Below are positions 14,306 through 15,633 of a stretch of DNA of 15,633 nucleotides, in pieces. Source of the DNA: Candidatus Latescibacterota bacterium (GTDB lineage Bacteria; Latescibacterota; UBA2968; UBA8231); assembly GCA_965205655.1 (NCBI GenBank), contig CBDBIJ010000004.1:1-15633 (forward strand). The letters are read 5' to 3'. Below the pieces are notes generated by a model. The model was not told where the DNA came from, did no database searches, and saw only the letters and a program-made list of their open reading frames with translations. How positions within the stretch are numbered: position 1 is the stretch's first letter; every line of letters starts with the position of its first letter. A program made the translations under genes and the position numbers.

Positions 14306-15633
14306 ATGACTGAGTCGACGAACGGCAACGGCAGCCCGCAGCCAGACACCTATTCCGTCCTTCCCACCGAGGTGCACAGCCAGCTGTGGGAGCGGATCTC
14401 CGCACGCCTCGAGCGCGGAGACGCTCTTATAACCACGGGTGACTACCAGGCTGCTCTGGAGACCGACTATCTCGCCGTCACCGGCAGCGATCTCTCCCCA
14501 GCCCTTCGCGACATCTTTCGCGATGCCGTCGACAGCTTCAATAAGGAGTATCCCGACCAGTACGTCGCTGTCGGCGTCATGAACGGGGTGACGCGGGCGT
14601 TTCAGTCCGGGGGTTTTCAAGCTCGACTGGGACGTGCTCAAGATCGAGGCGAGAGGCGAGAGCACGATCGCCCGCTTCAAGACCCAGGATCGCGTCATGG
14701 GCTTCCTCCGCGATGTCCGCGTCACGCCGGACAAGATCGATGCCACCTCCTGCGTCCGTCGCGCCATCGACGTGGTGTCCGGTCACCAGGAGCCCCTCGA
14801 AAAGCGGGACCCGTCCGAACCCCTCGGGGCTGCCGAGGCTCCTCCACCACCGGTCAGTGAAGATGCCCAGGAAGCACTCAAAGACGGAACTGTCTCCGAA
14901 TCGGAAGTGAGCGGGCGCGTCGCCGAGCAGGGTCGAGCCAGGGCAGAGATCGAACGCCGCGAGCTGGACAAGGCGGGCAATCGCGTCAATTCCTACGTAA
15001 CGCAGGGCCTGATCACCGCCGAGGAAGGGGAAAAGATCCGCGAGCTGAAATCGATCGATCGACGCGTCGCCAGCGGCGACATCGACGAAGCCGAAGGCGC
15101 CCGGCTGCGCAACTCCCTGCTCAGCAGCGAGGCCAGACACGAGATCGAGCGCAAACTTCGCGGAGCTGTCGACTACGCCGTCCGCTTCCTCGAGGCCTTC
15201 GAGGCGATGCAGCAAATCTCTTCGAGTAGCGACGAGGCGCTTCGGTTTCTGATTTTCCACAAGGACATCCTCATCGACTCGCGCCGTGCCGAACAGATGG
15301 CGCGAGCTGTGGAGGAATTGATCGCCGACAGCGAGCTGCTCCATGACGTCGTCGACATCATGGACCGCAAGGATCAGGAGATCCGCATGATCTCCGTCTG
15401 CCTTCCGCCCTACTCGCACATCGTGCAACGAGGCACCGAGCAGATCGGCAACCTGGTCATCGAAGAGGAATTCGTCGATCAGCTGCGCGAGCTCGACGCC
15501 GATCAGATGTCGGAGCGACTGAATTCTGAGGAGCCTGAAATGCGCGTTCGCCCGGCGGCGGACATGAAATGCTTGATCGCCATAATCAGCTACCTCATCA
15601 AGCCCACGCCGTGGCGCAAGGAGTTGCGGCTCC
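14306..15633 (+). CDS. Large helical hypothetical protein, frameshifted at the G5 run 14609-14613, 3' end outside window
   Basis: MTESTNGNG...VTRAFQSG continues in the +1 frame as VFKLDWDVLKIEARGESTIARFK...KPTPWRKELRL, with no stop from 14613 to the window end and strong G/C third-position bias. The ORF track misses this part because it has no stop. Confidence 0.8.

Noticed and set aside
14611..14617. G_GGT_TTT, an in-frame slippery heptamer suggesting programmed -1 frameshifting
   Set aside because: The -1 frame stops at 14910 and reads poorly. The long protein-like continuation needs a +1 shift, so an extra G is simpler.
13175..15428. Long antisense ORFs (13175-14068 +, 14192-14767 -, 14577-15428 -) and similar ones elsewhere such as 3028-3669 and 7858-8484
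   Set aside because: They mirror well-supported genes on the opposite strand, as expected in high-GC DNA, and carry no recognisable motifs.
1..15633. CRISPR arrays, IS elements, prophage, tRNA/rRNA, defence systems
   Set aside because: No regularly spaced repeats, transposase, integrase or nuclease motifs, or RNA-gene signatures were found by reading. Nearly all sequence is explained by protein genes.

Overview
GC-rich, gene-dense bacterial chromosomal segment with about 16 genes. I see no mobile element, CRISPR array, rRNA or tRNA. Order: aldo/keto reductase (5' partial, +), alpha/beta hydrolase (+), small membrane protein (+); a minus-strand operon of HisC-like PLP aminotransferase, TIGR01777 epimerase-like protein, HDAC-family deacetylase and a sensorless histidine kinase; a divergent family-16-like methyltransferase (+); an internally deleted NSS sodium symporter remnant (-); a secreted GHL10 glycoside hydrolase-like protein (+); galE-trmH (-); SRAP/YedK (+); NatA/NatB-like ABC exporter (-); and a large hypothetical protein running off the 3' end (+). 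Five genes are interrupted. Three carry single-base frameshifts at homopolymer runs (trmH, galE, last gene), which may be long-read errors. Two carry non-homopolymer lesions (an in-frame TAG in the aminotransferase; an in-frame TGA plus a large deletion in the symporter), which look more like real decay. The best leads are the deacetylase coupled to a sensorless kinase opposite a protein methyltransferase, a beta-clamp-binding tail on SRAP, SHOCT-like repeats in the last protein, and two structured intergenic regions. No new system is proven by the sequence alone, and family assignments are from motif recognition, not database searches.
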